DNA of 64,000 nt from Candidatus Latescibacterota bacterium (GCA_965219455.1 OZ244744.1:2144001-2208000); one strand, 5' to 3'; positions 52,128-63,634 are shown, numbered from the stretch's first letter. Numbers and translations: made by a program. Notes: generated from the sequence alone by a model not told the origin.

Positions 52128-52835
52128 ATGACCCCGTTGCCCCAGAAATCTCTGCTCCTGCTCTCCGGCGGCATGGACTCCACGACGCTGCTCTGGTGGA
52201 TGCGAGACCGCGGCATTTCCGAGATCCACACCGTCTCGATCGACTACGGCCAGCGCCACGCTGTCGAACTCGAATCCAGCGCAACACTTTCCCGGATAGC
52301 GGGCGCAAACTCCCACCGCTGCCTCAAAGTCGACCTTCGGCAGATCGGCGGGAATCCGCTCACGGATAGAGGGCGCCCTATTCCCGCAGCGGAACAGGAT
52401 CGGCAGGCTCTAACCGTTGTCCCTTTCCGCAACATGCTCTTCGTCACGCTGGCTGCCGCGTGGGCAGAGGCGAAGGGTTGCAAGGATCTCTATCTCTCGC
52501 CGGTCCGGGACGACTTTCAAATCTACCGGGATTGCCGTCGCGAATTTTACGATATGCTGGAGAAGGCCCTGTCCCTGGGCGCCACGCGACAGACCCGCTA
52601 CCGTATCCATACCCCATTTGTGGAGAAATGGAAAGACGACGTCGTGAGCATGGGCCTGAACCTGGGTGTGCCCTACGCCGAGACCCACACCTGCTACGAA
52701 GGCAAACGCCCCGCCTGCGGCCGTTGCGACGCCTGCGTGGAACGCGTCGCCGCCTTTCGCGCCAACCACACCGTCGATCCTTTGGCCTACGAAATCGAAA
52801 TCGACTGGACAATATCCCCGGCGTCGCATCAATAG
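52128..52835 (+). CDS. queC: 7-cyano-7-deazaguanine synthase
   Basis: SGGMDS, YGQRH, VPFRN, DCR, CY..CGRCDAC..R. Confidence 0.95.
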   Translation: MTPLPQKSLLLLSGGMDSTTLLWWMRDRGISEIHTVSIDYGQRHAVELESSATLSRIAGANSHRCLKVDLRQIGGNPLTDRGRPIPAAEQDRQALTVVPFRNMLFVTLAAAWAEAKGCKDLYLSPVRDDFQIYRDCRREFYDMLEKALSLGATRQTRYRIHTPFVEKWKDDVVSMGLNLGVPYAETHTCYEGKRPACGRCDACVERVAAFRANHTVDPLAYEIEIDWTISPASHQ

Positions 52836-52866
52836 GCGGCCATGCGCGACGATCCCCGGCCGGACC

Positions 52867-53101
52867 AGTGTCCCGTCCCGGAAATATGTTACCATTCGGC
52901 CGCCTGCCTCGCATGCTTCAGCAGGCAGGCCGATTCATCCCGTCTTGCTGCGTTGCCTGCGCTGAGCTTGTCGACGTGCCCTCGATCGCCGAACTTGCGC
53001 AGGTCGCCTCGCTCAGGCGCTGGTTCCTGAGCCTGTCGAAGGATGCAAGCCGGGCGACTCGTCGGCCGAATTTAAGCAATCTATTTCAGGGACAGAACAT
53101 T
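52867..53101 (-). mobile_element. MITE family 1, copy C (inverted, longest)
   Basis: AGTGTCCCGTCCCGGAAATA ... TATTTCAGGGACAGAACATT. Confidence 0.85.
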
Positions 53102-54359
53102 AGGCGTTTTTCAATGCCGTCATGGTGTCGATCAGACGCCGATCCGCATTGTATCGAAGCTGAAGAATCTGAACGAGTTTCTCCGGACTGGCGTCCGCGG
53201 CCGTCAACCGATAGACCTCGAGTCTGTCCGCCAACGCGTTCATGACCATATCGAGCAAGATGAGATCCGATGCATCGTCCTCGACCATACACTCATCCGC
53301 CAGCACACGCCGGACCACCTTGAGGCGGTCCCGCAGCGCCTCATCGTCTATCTCCTCGACCTTTTCTCGACTGACCAGTGGGGTGGACAGCGTCGCCAGA
53401 AATCCTTCACTCAGATATTTTCGGGCTTTCTCTTCGGTCCAGGTGTCCGTCAGAATGTCCACGACAGACTGCGGGATCCGCTCAGCACGCTCCCGGCTTT
53501 CAGCAGGCCCGCCACCTTCGTTTTGCCGGCGCGGCTGCCGGCGCCGTCTCGTTCGGCGATGTTCCTGCGAAGCGCCCCTTGCGGGGGGCTCCTGCGTCCT
53601 TTCAGCCGGGGTCTCCGCGGGCGCGCCCGCTCCCGCATCGGGCGGTGACGCCGCCGCAGCCTCCGTGGTCTCCGCTACAGGCTCTTCAGCGGATTCCCTG
53701 GCGTTCGCCGGTTCAGGGGGCGCCGCGACTGGTGCCGCCGCTTCCACCGGCTCCACCGTTGTCTCGGCCTCTTTCTCGGATTGACTCTGCTTCTTGTCCT
53801 CCGCTTTCCCGCGTGTCGTGCGCTTCGTGGATTTTGTCGGCCCACGCGACCGTTTCACCGGCCGCCGCGACACCACACGCTTCTCCGGAACGTCCGCCGT
53901 TTTCTCAGTAGATTGACCTGCATCTTCCGTGGCGTCAGGTTCCGGCTCTTCCCTCTTTTCCTCTACCGGCGTGGTTCGGCTGCGGGTTGTCCTTTTCGTT
54001 TTCTTGCTCCGGGTACGCTTGGCCGGCCGCCGCGACACCACCCGCCTTTCAGAATCCCTGGCGTCGTCTTTCTTCTCCCCGTCCGGGGCTTCCGATACGG
54101 GTTGATCATTCTCCCCGTCCGGGGCTTCCGATACGGGTTGATCATTCTCCCCGTCCGGGGCTTCCGATACGGGCTGATCATTCTCCCCGTCCGGGGCTTC
54201 CGATACGGGCTGATCATTCTCCCCGTCCGGGGCTTCCGATACGGGCTGATCATTCTCCCCGTCCGGGGCTTCCGATACGGGCTGATCATTCTCCCCGTCC
54301 GGGGCTTCCGATACGGGCTGATCATTCTCCCCGGATGGAGAATCCAAAATATCGTCCAT
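53100..54359 (-). CDS. hypothetical protein: acidic tandem repeats, basic disordered region, helical C-terminal domain
   Basis: GGGAGG RBS; (GENDQPVSEAPD)x7; RVVSRRP twice; ordered-looking C-terminal ~130 aa. Confidence 0.75.
   Translation of the reverse strand: MDDILDSPSGENDQPVSEAPDGENDQPVSEAPDGENDQPVSEAPDGENDQPVSEAPDGENDQPVSEAPDGENDQPVSEAPDGENDQPVSEAPDGEKKDDARDSERRVVSRRPAKRTRSKKTKRTTRSRTTPVEEKREEPEPDATEDAGQSTEKTADVPEKRVVSRRPVKRSRGPTKSTKRTTRGKAEDKKQSQSEKEAETTVEPVEAAAPVAAPPEPANARESAEEPVAETTEAAAASPPDAGAGAPAETPAERTQEPPARGASQEHRRTRRRRQPRRQNEGGGPAESRERAERIPQSVVDILTDTWTEEKARKYLSEGFLATLSTPLVSREKVEEIDDEALRDRLKVVRRVLADECMVEDDASDLILLDMVMNALADRLEVYRLTAADASPEKLVQILQLRYNADRRLIDTMTALKNA
54073..54333. repeat. 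36-bp coding tandem repeat (7 full units plus 9 bp)
   Basis: TTCTCCCCGTCCGGGGCTTCCGATACGGGYTGATCA starting at 54073, 54109, 54145, 54181, 54217, 54253 and 54289. Confidence 0.95.
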
Positions 54360-54492
54360 ATGCCTCCCTTTGAGCTGCAGACGACGCATAACAGGCCATT
54401 TCGTCTACAACCCTCCTCGTTGTTGAACCTACCCTAAAACATCAAGCCGACACACACCAATATAAGCAAATGTGATCACCGTTTGCCAGACG

Positions 54493-54523
54493 AAAAAAGG
54501 TCGGCCAGTACCGGCCGACCTTT
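54493..54523 (-). terminator. intrinsic terminator of groEL
   Basis: AAAGGTCGGCC-6 nt-GGCCGACCTTT with a T6 tail on the minus strand. Confidence 0.85.
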
Positions 54524-54553
54524 GAACTCTTGCCCGATGTTGCGGACAGGGCA

Positions 54554-56182
54554 CTAATAATGATCGTGGCCGTGGCCCTGACCCTGCGGCTCTTTTTCCT
54601 CTTCCGGAACTTCCGTTACCAGCGTTTCAGTTGTCAACAGGAGCCCGGCAATGCTGGCCGCATTCTCAACCGCGGAACGCACAACCTTGGTGGGATCGGC
54701 CACGCCGGACTCGATCAGGTCTTCGTAGGTTTCGGTAAGCGCGTTGAATCCGAAGGCGCCATCTCCCTCTTTCACCCGTTGCGCAACCAGGCTGCCCTCG
54801 TGGCCCGCGTTATCGGCAATCTTTCTAAGAGGCGCTTCCAGCGCCTTGCTCAGGAGGTCCACGCCCGTCTTCTGATCTGCGCGAACCCGGCTGCGCACCG
54901 TGTCCAGCGACGAAATACATCTCACGAGGGCTACGCCGCCGCCAGGCACGATTCCTTCCTCCACAGCCGCCCGGGTCGCGTGCAGAGCATCTTCAACTCT
55001 CGCCTTCTTCTCTTTCATTTCGGTTTCGGTCGCGGCGCCGACGTTTACCACTGCCACACCGCCGGCCAGCTTGGCGAGTCGCTCCTGGAGTTTTTCCCGG
55101 TCGTAGTCCGAGGTCGTCTCCTCAATTTGCATGCGAATCTGGCTGACGCGTCCCTGGATGTCGTCGGTGGCTCCGGCTCCTTCCACGATTGTCGTATTGT
55201 CCTTGTCAACGACGATCCGCTTGGCCTGCCCCAGATCGTCGAGCTGGATATTTTCGAGTTTAATGCCCAGATCTTCGGAAATCACCCTACCGTCGGTGAG
55301 AATGGCGATATCCGCAAGCATCTCCGTCCGACGGTCGCCGTAGCCGGGCGCTTTTACCGCCGCCGCTTTAATGGTCCCGCGGACTTTATTCACAACAAAG
55401 GTCGCCAGCGCCTCACCCTCGACGTCTTCGGCGATCACCAACAACGCCCTGCCCGTTTGCGCCGTCTTCTCCAGCAACGGAAGGAGATCTTTCATGTTGG
55501 ACAGCTTTTTCTCGTGGATGAGGAGGTAAGCATCTTCCAGAACCGCTTCCATATTGTCCTGGTCGGTTACAAAATACGGCGAAATATAACCCCGGTCGAA
55601 CTGCATGCCTTCCACCACGTCCAACGTCGTCTCGATCGACTTGGCCTCTTCGACCGTAATCGTGCCGTCTTTGCCCACCTTCTCCATGGAATCGGCGATA
55701 ATTTCACCTATGCCACTGTCGTTGTTGGCCGAGATCATTGCCACCTGGGCGATTTCCTTGCGACCCTTGACCTCCTGTGACTGTGCCCTTAACGCATCGG
55801 TCACGGCCCCGACGCCCTCGTCGATTCCCCGCTTGATATCCATTGGGTTGGCTCCGGCCGTCACGTTCTTGAGCCCCTCGCGATAGATGGCTTCCGCAAG
55901 CACTGTGGCAGTGGTGGTGCCGTCACCTGCCACGTCTGACGTCTTGGAAGCCACCTCTTTCACCATCTGGGCGCCCATATTCTCGTAGGGATCAGGCAAT
56001 TCGATCTCTTTGGCCACCGTCACTCCGTCTTTGGTTACGGTTGGCGAACCCCATTTCTTGCCCAGAACGACGTTTCGGCCACGGGGGCCCAGCGTCGCTT
56101 TCACGGCTTTACACAGGATGTCCACGCCATCGAGAACCTTTGACCGGGCGTCTATCCCGTAGCTCAGTTGCTTAGCTGCCAT
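54554..56182 (-). CDS. groL: chaperonin GroEL with His-rich tail
   Basis: [32 protein letters not shown]. Confidence 0.98.
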   Translation of the reverse strand: MAAKQLSYGIDARSKVLDGVDILCKAVKATLGPRGRNVVLGKKWGSPTVTKDGVTVAKEIELPDPYENMGAQMVKEVASKTSDVAGDGTTTATVLAEAIYREGLKNVTAGANPMDIKRGIDEGVGAVTDALRAQSQEVKGRKEIAQVAMISANNDSGIGEIIADSMEKVGKDGTITVEEAKSIETTLDVVEGMQFDRGYISPYFVTDQDNMEAVLEDAYLLIHEKKLSNMKDLLPLLEKTAQTGRALLVIAEDVEGEALATFVVNKVRGTIKAAAVKAPGYGDRRTEMLADIAILTDGRVISEDLGIKLENIQLDDLGQAKRIVVDKDNTTIVEGAGATDDIQGRVSQIRMQIEETTSDYDREKLQERLAKLAGGVAVVNVGAATETEMKEKKARVEDALHATRAAVEEGIVPGGGVALVRCISSLDTVRSRVRADQKTGVDLLSKALEAPLRKIADNAGHEGSLVAQRVKEGDGAFGFNALTETYEDLIESGVADPTKVVRSAVENAASIAGLLLTTETLVTEVPEEEKEPQGQGHGHDHY

Positions 56183-56324
56183 AATGCCCCTCCTAATTGC
56201 GGTTAATTACGAAAACGGTACAGGATTCGATTCCGGGGATTTTGTTCCCACTTACCCTTCAGACATCCCATCGGTGCCCGGCTCGAATCAGGACACGCAT
56301 CATTGCGTTGTCCGTGATTGTTTA

Positions 56325-56615
56325 TTATTCCAGGATTCCCAAAATATCGTCTTCCGACGCGATAACAAGCTCCTCTCCGCCCACTTCCACCTCGGTGCCA
56401 GCATATTGGCCAATGAGAACACGGTTGCCGATACCCACCGAAACCGGTACCGGATCGCCGGTTTTGTCGTTGACTTTGCCCGGCCCGACAGCAACGACCT
56501 CGGCTTCGAGTGGTTTTTCTTTGGCCGTATCGGGAACAATAATGCCGCCCTTGACCTGTCCATCGGCTTCAATCCGCCGGAGAAGTATCCGGTCGGCCAT
56601 AGGCTTCACTGTCAT
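56325..56615 (-). CDS. groS: co-chaperonin GroES
   Basis: KPMADRIL, GGIIVPDTAKEKP, VAVGPG; AAGGAGG RBS. Confidence 0.95.
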   Translation of the reverse strand: MTVKPMADRILLRRIEADGQVKGGIIVPDTAKEKPLEAEVVAVGPGKVNDKTGDPVPVSVGIGNRVLIGQYAGTEVEVGGEELVIASEDDILGILE

Positions 56616-56691
56616 TAGCCCCTCCTTCGCAAAAAATTGAGTTATTAAGTTTGTGTTAACCCGTTTATTTATAGATATTTTTTTCTGATTA

Positions 56692-56718
56692 TTAGCACTC
56701 ATCGCATTCGAGTGCTAA
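56692..56718. promoter_or_regulatory. CIRCE element (HrcA operator)
   Basis: Perfect TTAGCACTC-N9-GAGTGCTAA upstream of groES. Confidence 0.97.
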
Positions 56719-56725
56719 TAACGCA

Positions 56726-56754
56726 AATATACAAGCTTTGACTTTGCGGCGCAA
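56726..56754 (-). promoter_or_regulatory. sigma70 promoter of groESL
   Basis: TTGCGC-17 bp-TATATT immediately upstream of CIRCE. Confidence 0.65.
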
Positions 56755-56767
56755 GGATAAATTCCCG

Positions 56768-56802
56768 AAAAGAAAAAGCGCATTACGAATGGTAATGCGC
56801 TT
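56768..56802 (-). terminator. intrinsic terminator after the rhodanese gene
   Basis: AAGCGCATTAC-5 nt-GTAATGCGCTT followed by a T-rich tail on the minus strand. Confidence 0.75.
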
Positions 56803-56849
56803 CGTCCGAATTTCCACGTATCGACTAATGTCTGTCCGGGACGCTCTGC

Positions 56850-57326
56850 CTACTGAATCGAACTCCTCAGCAGCGTTTTCTTCCGCGCGATCCGTTTCTC
56901 CAGGTGTTCAATTTCAGCTTCCAACAGTTCAGGGCGATCCAGATCGTCCGCCTCTTCAGGTGGCGGCGCCTGTTCCGACGGAAGGGCGGCATCCGCCCAG
57001 TCTTCGTACCCACCCGCCATCGAAATCACGCGCCTATAACCCAGTTCCTTCAATGACTCCGCAGCCAGAAGAGAACGTACCCCGCCAGCGCAATACACCA
57101 CCACTTCCCGGCACTTGTCGGGAATCCTGGATTCCGCCTCGGCTTCCAGGCGCCCTCGCGGTATGTGAACGGCCCCCCGCAAATGTCCCGACTCCCATTC
57201 TTCCTGGGCGCGCACATCCAACAGGACGGTACTCTCGCCGCTTTCCAGATGGTTGTGCACCTCCTGCACGCTCATCTCCGGAATCTCCCTGCGGGCTTCA
57301 TTCAACAGGTCATCTCTGGATTTCAT
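56850..57326 (-). CDS. rhodanese-domain protein with short C-terminal coiled coil
   Basis: LLDVR..EW..GHL.GA, active-site loop YCAGGVRS, MAGGY..W. Confidence 0.85.
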   Translation of the reverse strand: MKSRDDLLNEARREIPEMSVQEVHNHLESGESTVLLDVRAQEEWESGHLRGAVHIPRGRLEAEAESRIPDKCREVVVYCAGGVRSLLAAESLKELGYRRVISMAGGYEDWADAALPSEQAPPPEEADDLDRPELLEAEIEHLEKRIARKKTLLRSSIQ

Positions 57327-57343
57327 CGCCTCTGAGCTCCTAT

Positions 57344-57418
57344 CAGTCCGTTGAAAAAGTCCATCCGGTCTCCGGCCGGCTCTTGTGGCCGAATTACTGC
57401 GTTGCTTTTCACGCAGGC
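57344..57418. repeat. degenerate copy of MITE family 2
   Basis: CAGTCCGTTGAAAAAGTCCATCCGG matches the 63635 element; the right end is degenerate and overlaps the secA stop. Confidence 0.6.
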
Positions 57419-60400
57419 ACCCGGCCCGCCTGACCATGACATTTTTTATATTTTTTGCCGCTACCACACGGACATGGATCGTTTCTGCCCACCTTCTGCA
57501 CCCGAACAGGACGCTGCCTGGGCGGACCGCCTTCCGAAGCGCTGGTGGCGGTATCCGACATCGGCGACGCCTCGACTCCAGTGGAAAATCCCATACCTGT
57601 GGCATCCTGGTGCATGAGGGAGACCTGTTGAGGCAGACGGCTTCTGGGCCTTGTCAATTCCTCTTCAACGGGAATGCGAAACAGGGTTTTCAGGGTTTCG
57701 CGGTTGATCTCGTCCAGGAGATCGACGAACATCTGAAACCCTTCACGCTTGTATTCGATCAGCGGGTCCTTTTGTCCGTATCCGCGCAGACCGATGCCTT
57801 CCTTGAGGTCGTCCATCTCCCGGAGGTGGTCCTTCCACTTGTCGTCCGTTACGCCCAGATAGACCATCCGCTCGATGTCCCGCATCCTTCCCGCGCCAAT
57901 CAGACTCTCGCGGCGTGTGTAGGCTGCCCTGATCCCATCGAACAACTTTTCCCGGAATCTATCCTCTTTAAGCTCGGGCAACGCCTCCGGAGGCACTTCC
58001 GGGACCTGGAGGAAAATCTGGCGCAGATCGCGATAGAGTCCGTCCAGATCCCAGTCTTCCTGGGTTCCTTCCTCTGGAAGATGGCTCTCGAAAGAAGCGT
58101 TCACCACCTCCTCCATCTCTTCCTCGATCTGCTCGTGGATATTGTGTTGCTCCAACGCGTGGCGTCGCCGGTCGTATACGACCTCCCGCTGCTGGTTCAT
58201 CACGTCGTCGTATTCCAGTAGATGTTTGCGCACCTCAAAGTTTCGGCCTTCCACGCGTTTCTGCGCCCGCTCGATAGATCGGGTCACCATCCGGTGTTCG
58301 ATCATCTCGCCCTCTTCGGCTCCCAGCCGGTCCATAATCCGGGCAATCCGTTCGGATCCGAACAGCCGCATCAGATCGTCTTCCAATGAAATGAAAAACC
58401 GGGAATTTCCGGGGTCGCCCTGTCGGCCGGCGCGTCCCCGAAGCTGCCGGTCTATCCGCCTCGCCTCGTGTCGCTCGGTGCCGATTATGTGCAATCCGCA
58501 GGGCAACGCCTCCTGACACCGGTATTCTTCCAGGTGCGGGCACAATGGGCGACCGCCATTGGCGCCGGGGATCAGCGCGCATTGATGGCCTTCCGGCGCC
58601 TTGACCACGCCGTTACCCAGCTTGATATCCGTACCGCGACCCGCCATATTGGTGGCAAGAGTCACAGCTGCCGGCTGTCCGGCTCTGGCGACGATCTGGG
58701 CTTCCTGCTGGTTGTGGCGGGCGTTGAGCACTGAATGATTAATCCCTTTTCGCTTCAACATGCGGGATAGCAACTCCGATACTTCGACGCTGATCGTACC
58801 GACGAGTACCGGCAGGTTATTGTCGTTCAACCGCTCGATCTCATCCACGATGGCGTTGTATTTCTCCCGTTTGGTTCTGAAGATCAAATCCTCCGAATCC
58901 ACCCGCCGAACCGGTTCGTTCGTAGGCATCACCACCACGTCCAGCTTGTAGATCTGAAACAGTTCCACCGCCTCGGTTTCGGCGGTTCCCGTCATCCCGG
59001 CCAGTTTGTGGTACAATCTGAAGTAGTTCTGCAAGGTGATCGTGGCAATCGTCTGGGTGTCCCGTTCCACCTTGACCCGCTCTTTCGCTTCCAGAGCCTG
59101 GTGCAGCCCGTCCGCGAATCGCCGACCCGGCTGGGGGCGCCCGGTGAATTCGTCTACAATAATCACCTGGCCGCCGTCCACGATATACCTTACATCCTTC
59201 TCATAAAGCGTATAGGCGACCAGAAGCTGTTGCACACTGTGAATCGCCTCGCTCTTCCGGGCGTAGTCCTGATAGGCATCGTCCTGAGATCTGGCTTTTT
59301 CGTCCGGCGCCAGTGAATCATCCGCTTCGATTTCGTGCAGGATTTCATCCAGGTCCGGCAGCACAAAGTCGTCTGGCTTCCTGCTGATCTCGACACGACC
59401 CTTGTCAGTCAGGTCAATGACATGACTCTTCTCGTCCACGCTGAAGAAGAGGGTTTCGTCGATCTCGCCCATTCGCTTGTCGCGCATGTAATCCGCCTCA
59501 ACCCGGCCAATCAGGCGTTTGATTCCCTCCTCCTGCACCAACTTCATGAATCGGCGGTTTTTGGGCATCCCCCGCTGAACCTGAAGCAGCCGGATCCCCG
59601 CCTCGTATTCCTCCTCGTCGAGGAGTTCCTCCGCTTCGTTTAAAGTCCCGGTCACCACCCGCGTCTGCGCCCTGACCAACCGATCCACCAGTGGCCGCAT
59701 CTCATCGTAGCGCTGATTATCGGCCTCCGCCACCGCGCCGGAAATGATCAGCGGCGTCCTGGCTTCGTCGATCAATATGCTGTCCGCCTCGTCGATAATT
59801 GCGAAATAGTGTTCGCGCTGCATCAGGTCATCCGGTCGAACCGTCATATTGTCGTAAAGATAATCGAATCCGAACTGGTCTTTCGTGCCGTAGATGATAT
59901 CGGCCCGATAGGCCTCATGATGATCGCACTCCCGCAGGCGGTAACCGCCATGGCCATCCTCCTCCATGCGATACGCCTCCGCCTCCATGGACCGGTCCTG
60001 GATGATGCCCACGCTCATCCCAAGAAAGAGATAGACGGGCCCAAGCCACATGGCGTCTCGCTTTGCCAGATAGGAGTTAACCGTCACGAGATGCGCGCCC
60101 CGTCCCGTCAATCCGTTCAAATAAAGCGGCATTCCCGCCACGAGCGTCTTGCCCTCGCCAGTGGCCATCTCGGCTATTTTTCCCTGGTGCAGCACGACGC
60201 CGCCGAGCAACTGCACGTCGTAAGGCACCATATCCCAGACAATGGATTCCCCTGCACGCTCCCACTGCTTCCCCTCCGCCTTGAAGCGGCGACATGTCTC
60301 CTTGTAGACCGCAAATGCCTCGGGCAATATCCCCTCCAGAGCCTCCGCCTCGAGTTGCCTGGCCTCGCCCTCCAGTTCCGAGATCTCGTCCAGCAGTGAG

Positions 60401-60639
60401 GAACGATCCATTTCGTCCTCACGCTTCAACTCTGCCCGCATCCGATCCACCTGATCCGTGCATTCCTCTGTCGCGTCCTGCAGCCTCTGTCTGAACTCAG
60501 CTGTCTTGTCGCGCAGACCCGCATCCGAAAGCGGGGAGAATGACTCGCAAAGTCCGTTGATTCTATCGACCATCGGCCAGAGTTTCTTCAGATCCCGATC
60601 GTATTTGGTCCCGAAGACTTTTTTGATCACACCCATCAT
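57409..60639 (-). CDS. secA: preprotein translocase ATPase SecA
   Basis: [73 protein letters not shown]. Confidence 0.98.
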   Translation of the reverse strand: MMGVIKKVFGTKYDRDLKKLWPMVDRINGLCESFSPLSDAGLRDKTAEFRQRLQDATEECTDQVDRMRAELKREDEMDRSSLLDEISELEGEARQLEAEALEGILPEAFAVYKETCRRFKAEGKQWERAGESIVWDMVPYDVQLLGGVVLHQGKIAEMATGEGKTLVAGMPLYLNGLTGRGAHLVTVNSYLAKRDAMWLGPVYLFLGMSVGIIQDRSMEAEAYRMEEDGHGGYRLRECDHHEAYRADIIYGTKDQFGFDYLYDNMTVRPDDLMQREHYFAIIDEADSILIDEARTPLIISGAVAEADNQRYDEMRPLVDRLVRAQTRVVTGTLNEAEELLDEEEYEAGIRLLQVQRGMPKNRRFMKLVQEEGIKRLIGRVEADYMRDKRMGEIDETLFFSVDEKSHVIDLTDKGRVEISRKPDDFVLPDLDEILHEIEADDSLAPDEKARSQDDAYQDYARKSEAIHSVQQLLVAYTLYEKDVRYIVDGGQVIIVDEFTGRPQPGRRFADGLHQALEAKERVKVERDTQTIATITLQNYFRLYHKLAGMTGTAETEAVELFQIYKLDVVVMPTNEPVRRVDSEDLIFRTKREKYNAIVDEIERLNDNNLPVLVGTISVEVSELLSRMLKRKGINHSVLNARHNQQEAQIVARAGQPAAVTLATNMAGRGTDIKLGNGVVKAPEGHQCALIPGANGGRPLCPHLEEYRCQEALPCGLHIIGTERHEARRIDRQLRGRAGRQGDPGNSRFFISLEDDLMRLFGSERIARIMDRLGAEEGEMIEHRMVTRSIERAQKRVEGRNFEVRKHLLEYDDVMNQQREVVYDRRRHALEQHNIHEQIEEEMEEVVNASFESHLPEEGTQEDWDLDGLYRDLRQIFLQVPEVPPEALPELKEDRFREKLFDGIRAAYTRRESLIGAGRMRDIERMVYLGVTDDKWKDHLREMDDLKEGIGLRGYGQKDPLIEYKREGFQMFVDLLDEINRETLKTLFRIPVEEELTRPRSRLPQQVSLMHQDATGMGFSTGVEASPMSDTATSASEGGPPRQRPVRVQKVGRNDPCPCGSGKKYKKCHGQAGRVPA

Positions 60640-60656
60640 AAGCGGTTATCCACCCT

Positions 60657-61091
60657 TTAACGACAATCCATGGGATTTGTAATGATTCCCTGCTGTCTGA
60701 CCAGCGCATCCAGAATTCCGTTGATAAACGTGGGCGCCTTCTCAACGCTGTACCGCTTTGCGAGTTCAATGGCTTCGTTCATCGAGACCTTGACCGGTAT
60801 ATTGTCGAATGCCAGCATTTCAGTAAGCGCCATCCACAGCAGGATCCGATCGATTCTCGAGATGCGTTCCAACGCCCAGTTCCTGGAAATCCCCTCAACC
60901 ATACGGTTCAGTTCGTCTTTCCGCGTCCAGGTCTCCCGACCCAGCGTCTGTGCGAATTCGGCGGCGTCCTCCGACAGTTGTGCGCGAGCCGCCATGGCAT
61001 GGAGCGTCTGATGCACGGGGTCTCCCGAACTTTCGCTCCAATACAACGCCTGCAGCGCAACTTCGCGGGCTTTTCGGCGCGAACCCGTCAT
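60657..61091 (-). CDS. nusB: transcription antitermination factor NusB
   Basis: [30 protein letters not shown]. Confidence 0.95.
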   Translation of the reverse strand: MTGSRRKAREVALQALYWSESSGDPVHQTLHAMAARAQLSEDAAEFAQTLGRETWTRKDELNRMVEGISRNWALERISRIDRILLWMALTEMLAFDNIPVKVSMNEAIELAKRYSVEKAPTFINGILDALVRQQGIITNPMDCR

Positions 61092-61567
61092 GCCTCGTCT
61101 TCGTTCCAGGTTGCCAGCAGATTCGCCATCTCAACAGCGCCCAGGGCAACCTCCCATCCTTTGTTGCCGGCCTTGGTTCCCGCCCTTTCGATTGCCTGTT
61201 CGACGGTATCGGTCGTCAACACGCCAAACAGGCACGGCACACCCGATTCCAGCCCTACCGATGCAATGCCCTTGGAGACCTCGTTGGCCACATAATCGAA
61301 ATGGGGCGTACTCCCGCGAATCACGGCACCCAGGCAGATCACCGCGTCGTAACGCCCGCTGCGTGCCATTTTCTGAGCCATCAGTGGAATCTCGAACGAA
61401 CCCGGTACCCAGGCCACGTCCACGTTATCCGGTTCGCCTCCATGTCGCTTCAGACAATCCTCGGCACCTTCCAGCAACTGCTTGCTAACCAACGCGTTGA
61501 ATCGACTTACGACGATACCGAAGCGTTTGCCGTCGGCACTCAATCCACCTTCAAACATTCTGGCCAT
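61088..61567 (-). CDS. ribH: 6,7-dimethyl-8-ribityllumazine synthase
   Basis: [28 protein letters not shown]. Confidence 0.97.
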   Translation of the reverse strand: MARMFEGGLSADGKRFGIVVSRFNALVSKQLLEGAEDCLKRHGGEPDNVDVAWVPGSFEIPLMAQKMARSGRYDAVICLGAVIRGSTPHFDYVANEVSKGIASVGLESGVPCLFGVLTTDTVEQAIERAGTKAGNKGWEVALGAVEMANLLATWNEDEA

Positions 61568-62825
61568 ACGTTCCCTCCGGGGCGCCATCGACCAACTTCA
61601 AGTCTTTTTCGTCAAAAATGTGTCCCATTTTCTTCTGTTTGGTGCGTAAATACCGGATATTCCATGGCGTTGGGACAATCTTGACAGGCACTCGCTCCAC
61701 AATCTCGATTCCATACGCTTCCAGCCCCACCCGCTTGGCCGGGTTGTTGGTGATCAGTCGCGCCTTCCTGATGCCCAGGTCCAGCAGGATCTGCGCACCG
61801 ATGCCGTAATCCCGCTCGTCCATCTTGAATCCCAGCTTCAGATTCGCCTCCACCGTATCGTAGCCTTCTTCCTGAAGTCGGTAGGCGTGTATCTTTTCAC
61901 GGAGTCCGATACCGCGGCCCTCCTGCCGCATGTAGACGACGGCGCCGCGACCCTCTCGTTCAATCATCTCGATCGCCGAGTGGAGGTTCGAGCTGCAGTC
62001 GCACCTTAGCGACCCGAAGGTGTCGCCGGTCAGACACTCGGAGTGCATCCGAACCAGCACGGGATCGCCTGCCGACAGGTCTCCCTTGGTCAATGCCACG
62101 TGCTCCCGCTGGTCGACTTCGCTATCGTAAAGGTGCAGCTTAAACTCGCCGAACCGGGTGGGGAGACGAACGGTCTCCAGGCATCCGACCAGCTTTTCCG
62201 ATCGGCGGCGATACGCAATCAGATCGCGAATTGTGATAATCTTCAGGTTGAACTGCCGGGCCATTTCCACCAGTTGCGGCAGCCGGGCCATCGTTCCGTC
62301 AGGATTCAATATTTCGCACAGGACACCCGCCGGATAGAGGCCGGCGAGCCGCGCCAGATCCACCGTCGCCTCCGTGTGCCCCGCTCGGCGCAATACACCT
62401 CCCGGACGGGCACACAGAGGAAAGATGTGTCCAGGTCTGGCAAAATCAGGGGGCCGGGCGCTCGGGTCCACAAATCGCTGTATTGTGACGGCCCGATCCT
62501 GCGCTGAAATCCCGGTGGTGGTGCCCTCTACCGCGTCGATGCTAACCGTGAAAGGCGTTCCATGCAGTGCTGTGTTTCTGCCCACCATCATCTCCAGATC
62601 CAACTCCTGTAGTCGCTCCGACGTTGCCGGCAGGCAGACCAGCCCGCGCCCGTTAAGGGCCATAAAATTGATAATCTCAGGCGTGACTTTTTCCGCCGCC
62701 GTGATCAGGTCCCCTTCGTTTTCCCGGTCCTCGTCGTCCACGACGATCACCAGCTTGCCCGCACGAATGTCGTCAAGCGCCTCTTCGATGGACGCAATAC
62801 GGAACCCGTTGTCGATTTCAGACAT
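61551..62825 (-). CDS. ribBA: bifunctional DHBP synthase / GTP cyclohydrolase II
   Basis: [43 protein letters not shown]. Confidence 0.97.
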   Translation of the reverse strand: MSEIDNGFRIASIEEALDDIRAGKLVIVVDDEDRENEGDLITAAEKVTPEIINFMALNGRGLVCLPATSERLQELDLEMMVGRNTALHGTPFTVSIDAVEGTTTGISAQDRAVTIQRFVDPSARPPDFARPGHIFPLCARPGGVLRRAGHTEATVDLARLAGLYPAGVLCEILNPDGTMARLPQLVEMARQFNLKIITIRDLIAYRRRSEKLVGCLETVRLPTRFGEFKLHLYDSEVDQREHVALTKGDLSAGDPVLVRMHSECLTGDTFGSLRCDCSSNLHSAIEMIEREGRGAVVYMRQEGRGIGLREKIHAYRLQEEGYDTVEANLKLGFKMDERDYGIGAQILLDLGIRKARLITNNPAKRVGLEAYGIEIVERVPVKIVPTPWNIRYLRTKQKKMGHIFDEKDLKLVDGAPEGTYGQNV

Positions 62826-62907
62826 GAAATGCTGCTCCCGGCAAAGTGACGGTGCGATATGAAGAAACCTCATCCCGTGCGATTCTCGTTAAACCCCTTC
62901 TCTTTCG

Positions 62908-63543
62908 CTACCGTATCTGCATGTCCCGCGCCGTCGCCAATTCGCCATTCGACGCGTGGCGGCCGATCAACCTGTCCAGATACCGCGCCACCATGTCGAC
63001 CTCCAGATTCACAGCGTCGCCGACCCGGCGTTCACCGATCGTTGTCACTTCCATCGTATGCGGTATTACCGTCACCGTGAAGTCGCGTGCGCCTGCAGAC
63101 ACAACCGTCAGGCTGATCCCGTCCACGGCTATTGAACCCTTATTTGCCACAAACGGGACGAGTTCGGCCGGCATCCCTATCCGGAACACGACGTTGTCCG
63201 CCCATCGCCGCCGCTCCTGCACTCGGCCCATCCCATCCACGTGCCCGGCCACCAGATGGCCTCCCAGGCGATCCGACAGCTTTAGCGACCGTTCCAGATT
63301 CACCCTGTCACCCGTTTTCAACCTACCCAGCGTCGTCCGCTCCAGGGTCTCCGAGACGGACTCAAATGAGAACCCCTGCCGCCCCACTTCGACAACGGTG
63401 TGGCAGGCGCCGTCGATCGATATGCTATCGCCGATCGCGACATCCGCCAGCACGCGCTTCGCTTCCAGACTCGTTCGCTGATACCCCGTCCGCCTCTGAA
63501 TCGTACGCACCAGCCCCACTTCCTCGACAATTCCCGTAAACAT
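62908..63543 (-). CDS. ribE: riboflavin synthase alpha chain
   Basis: MFTGIVEE, VNLERS, GGHLVAGHVD, KGSIAVDGISLTV. Confidence 0.97.
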   Translation of the reverse strand: MFTGIVEEVGLVRTIQRRTGYQRTSLEAKRVLADVAIGDSISIDGACHTVVEVGRQGFSFESVSETLERTTLGRLKTGDRVNLERSLKLSDRLGGHLVAGHVDGMGRVQERRRWADNVVFRIGMPAELVPFVANKGSIAVDGISLTVVSAGARDFTVTVIPHTMEVTTIGERRVGDAVNLEVDMVARYLDRLIGRHASNGELATARDMQIR

Positions 63544-63634
63544 CAAGCCCATCCTTTCCTGGGCCACGGAGTTCGGGAAATCAGAACCACGCCAAAAACC
63601 GGGTCCAGGTTTGCCATTCTATTCCCCGGCTTAT

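Noticed and set aside
54073-54333. 36-bp repeats as a CRISPR array
   Set aside because: Units are head-to-tail with no spacers, in frame inside a CDS, and no cas genes are present.
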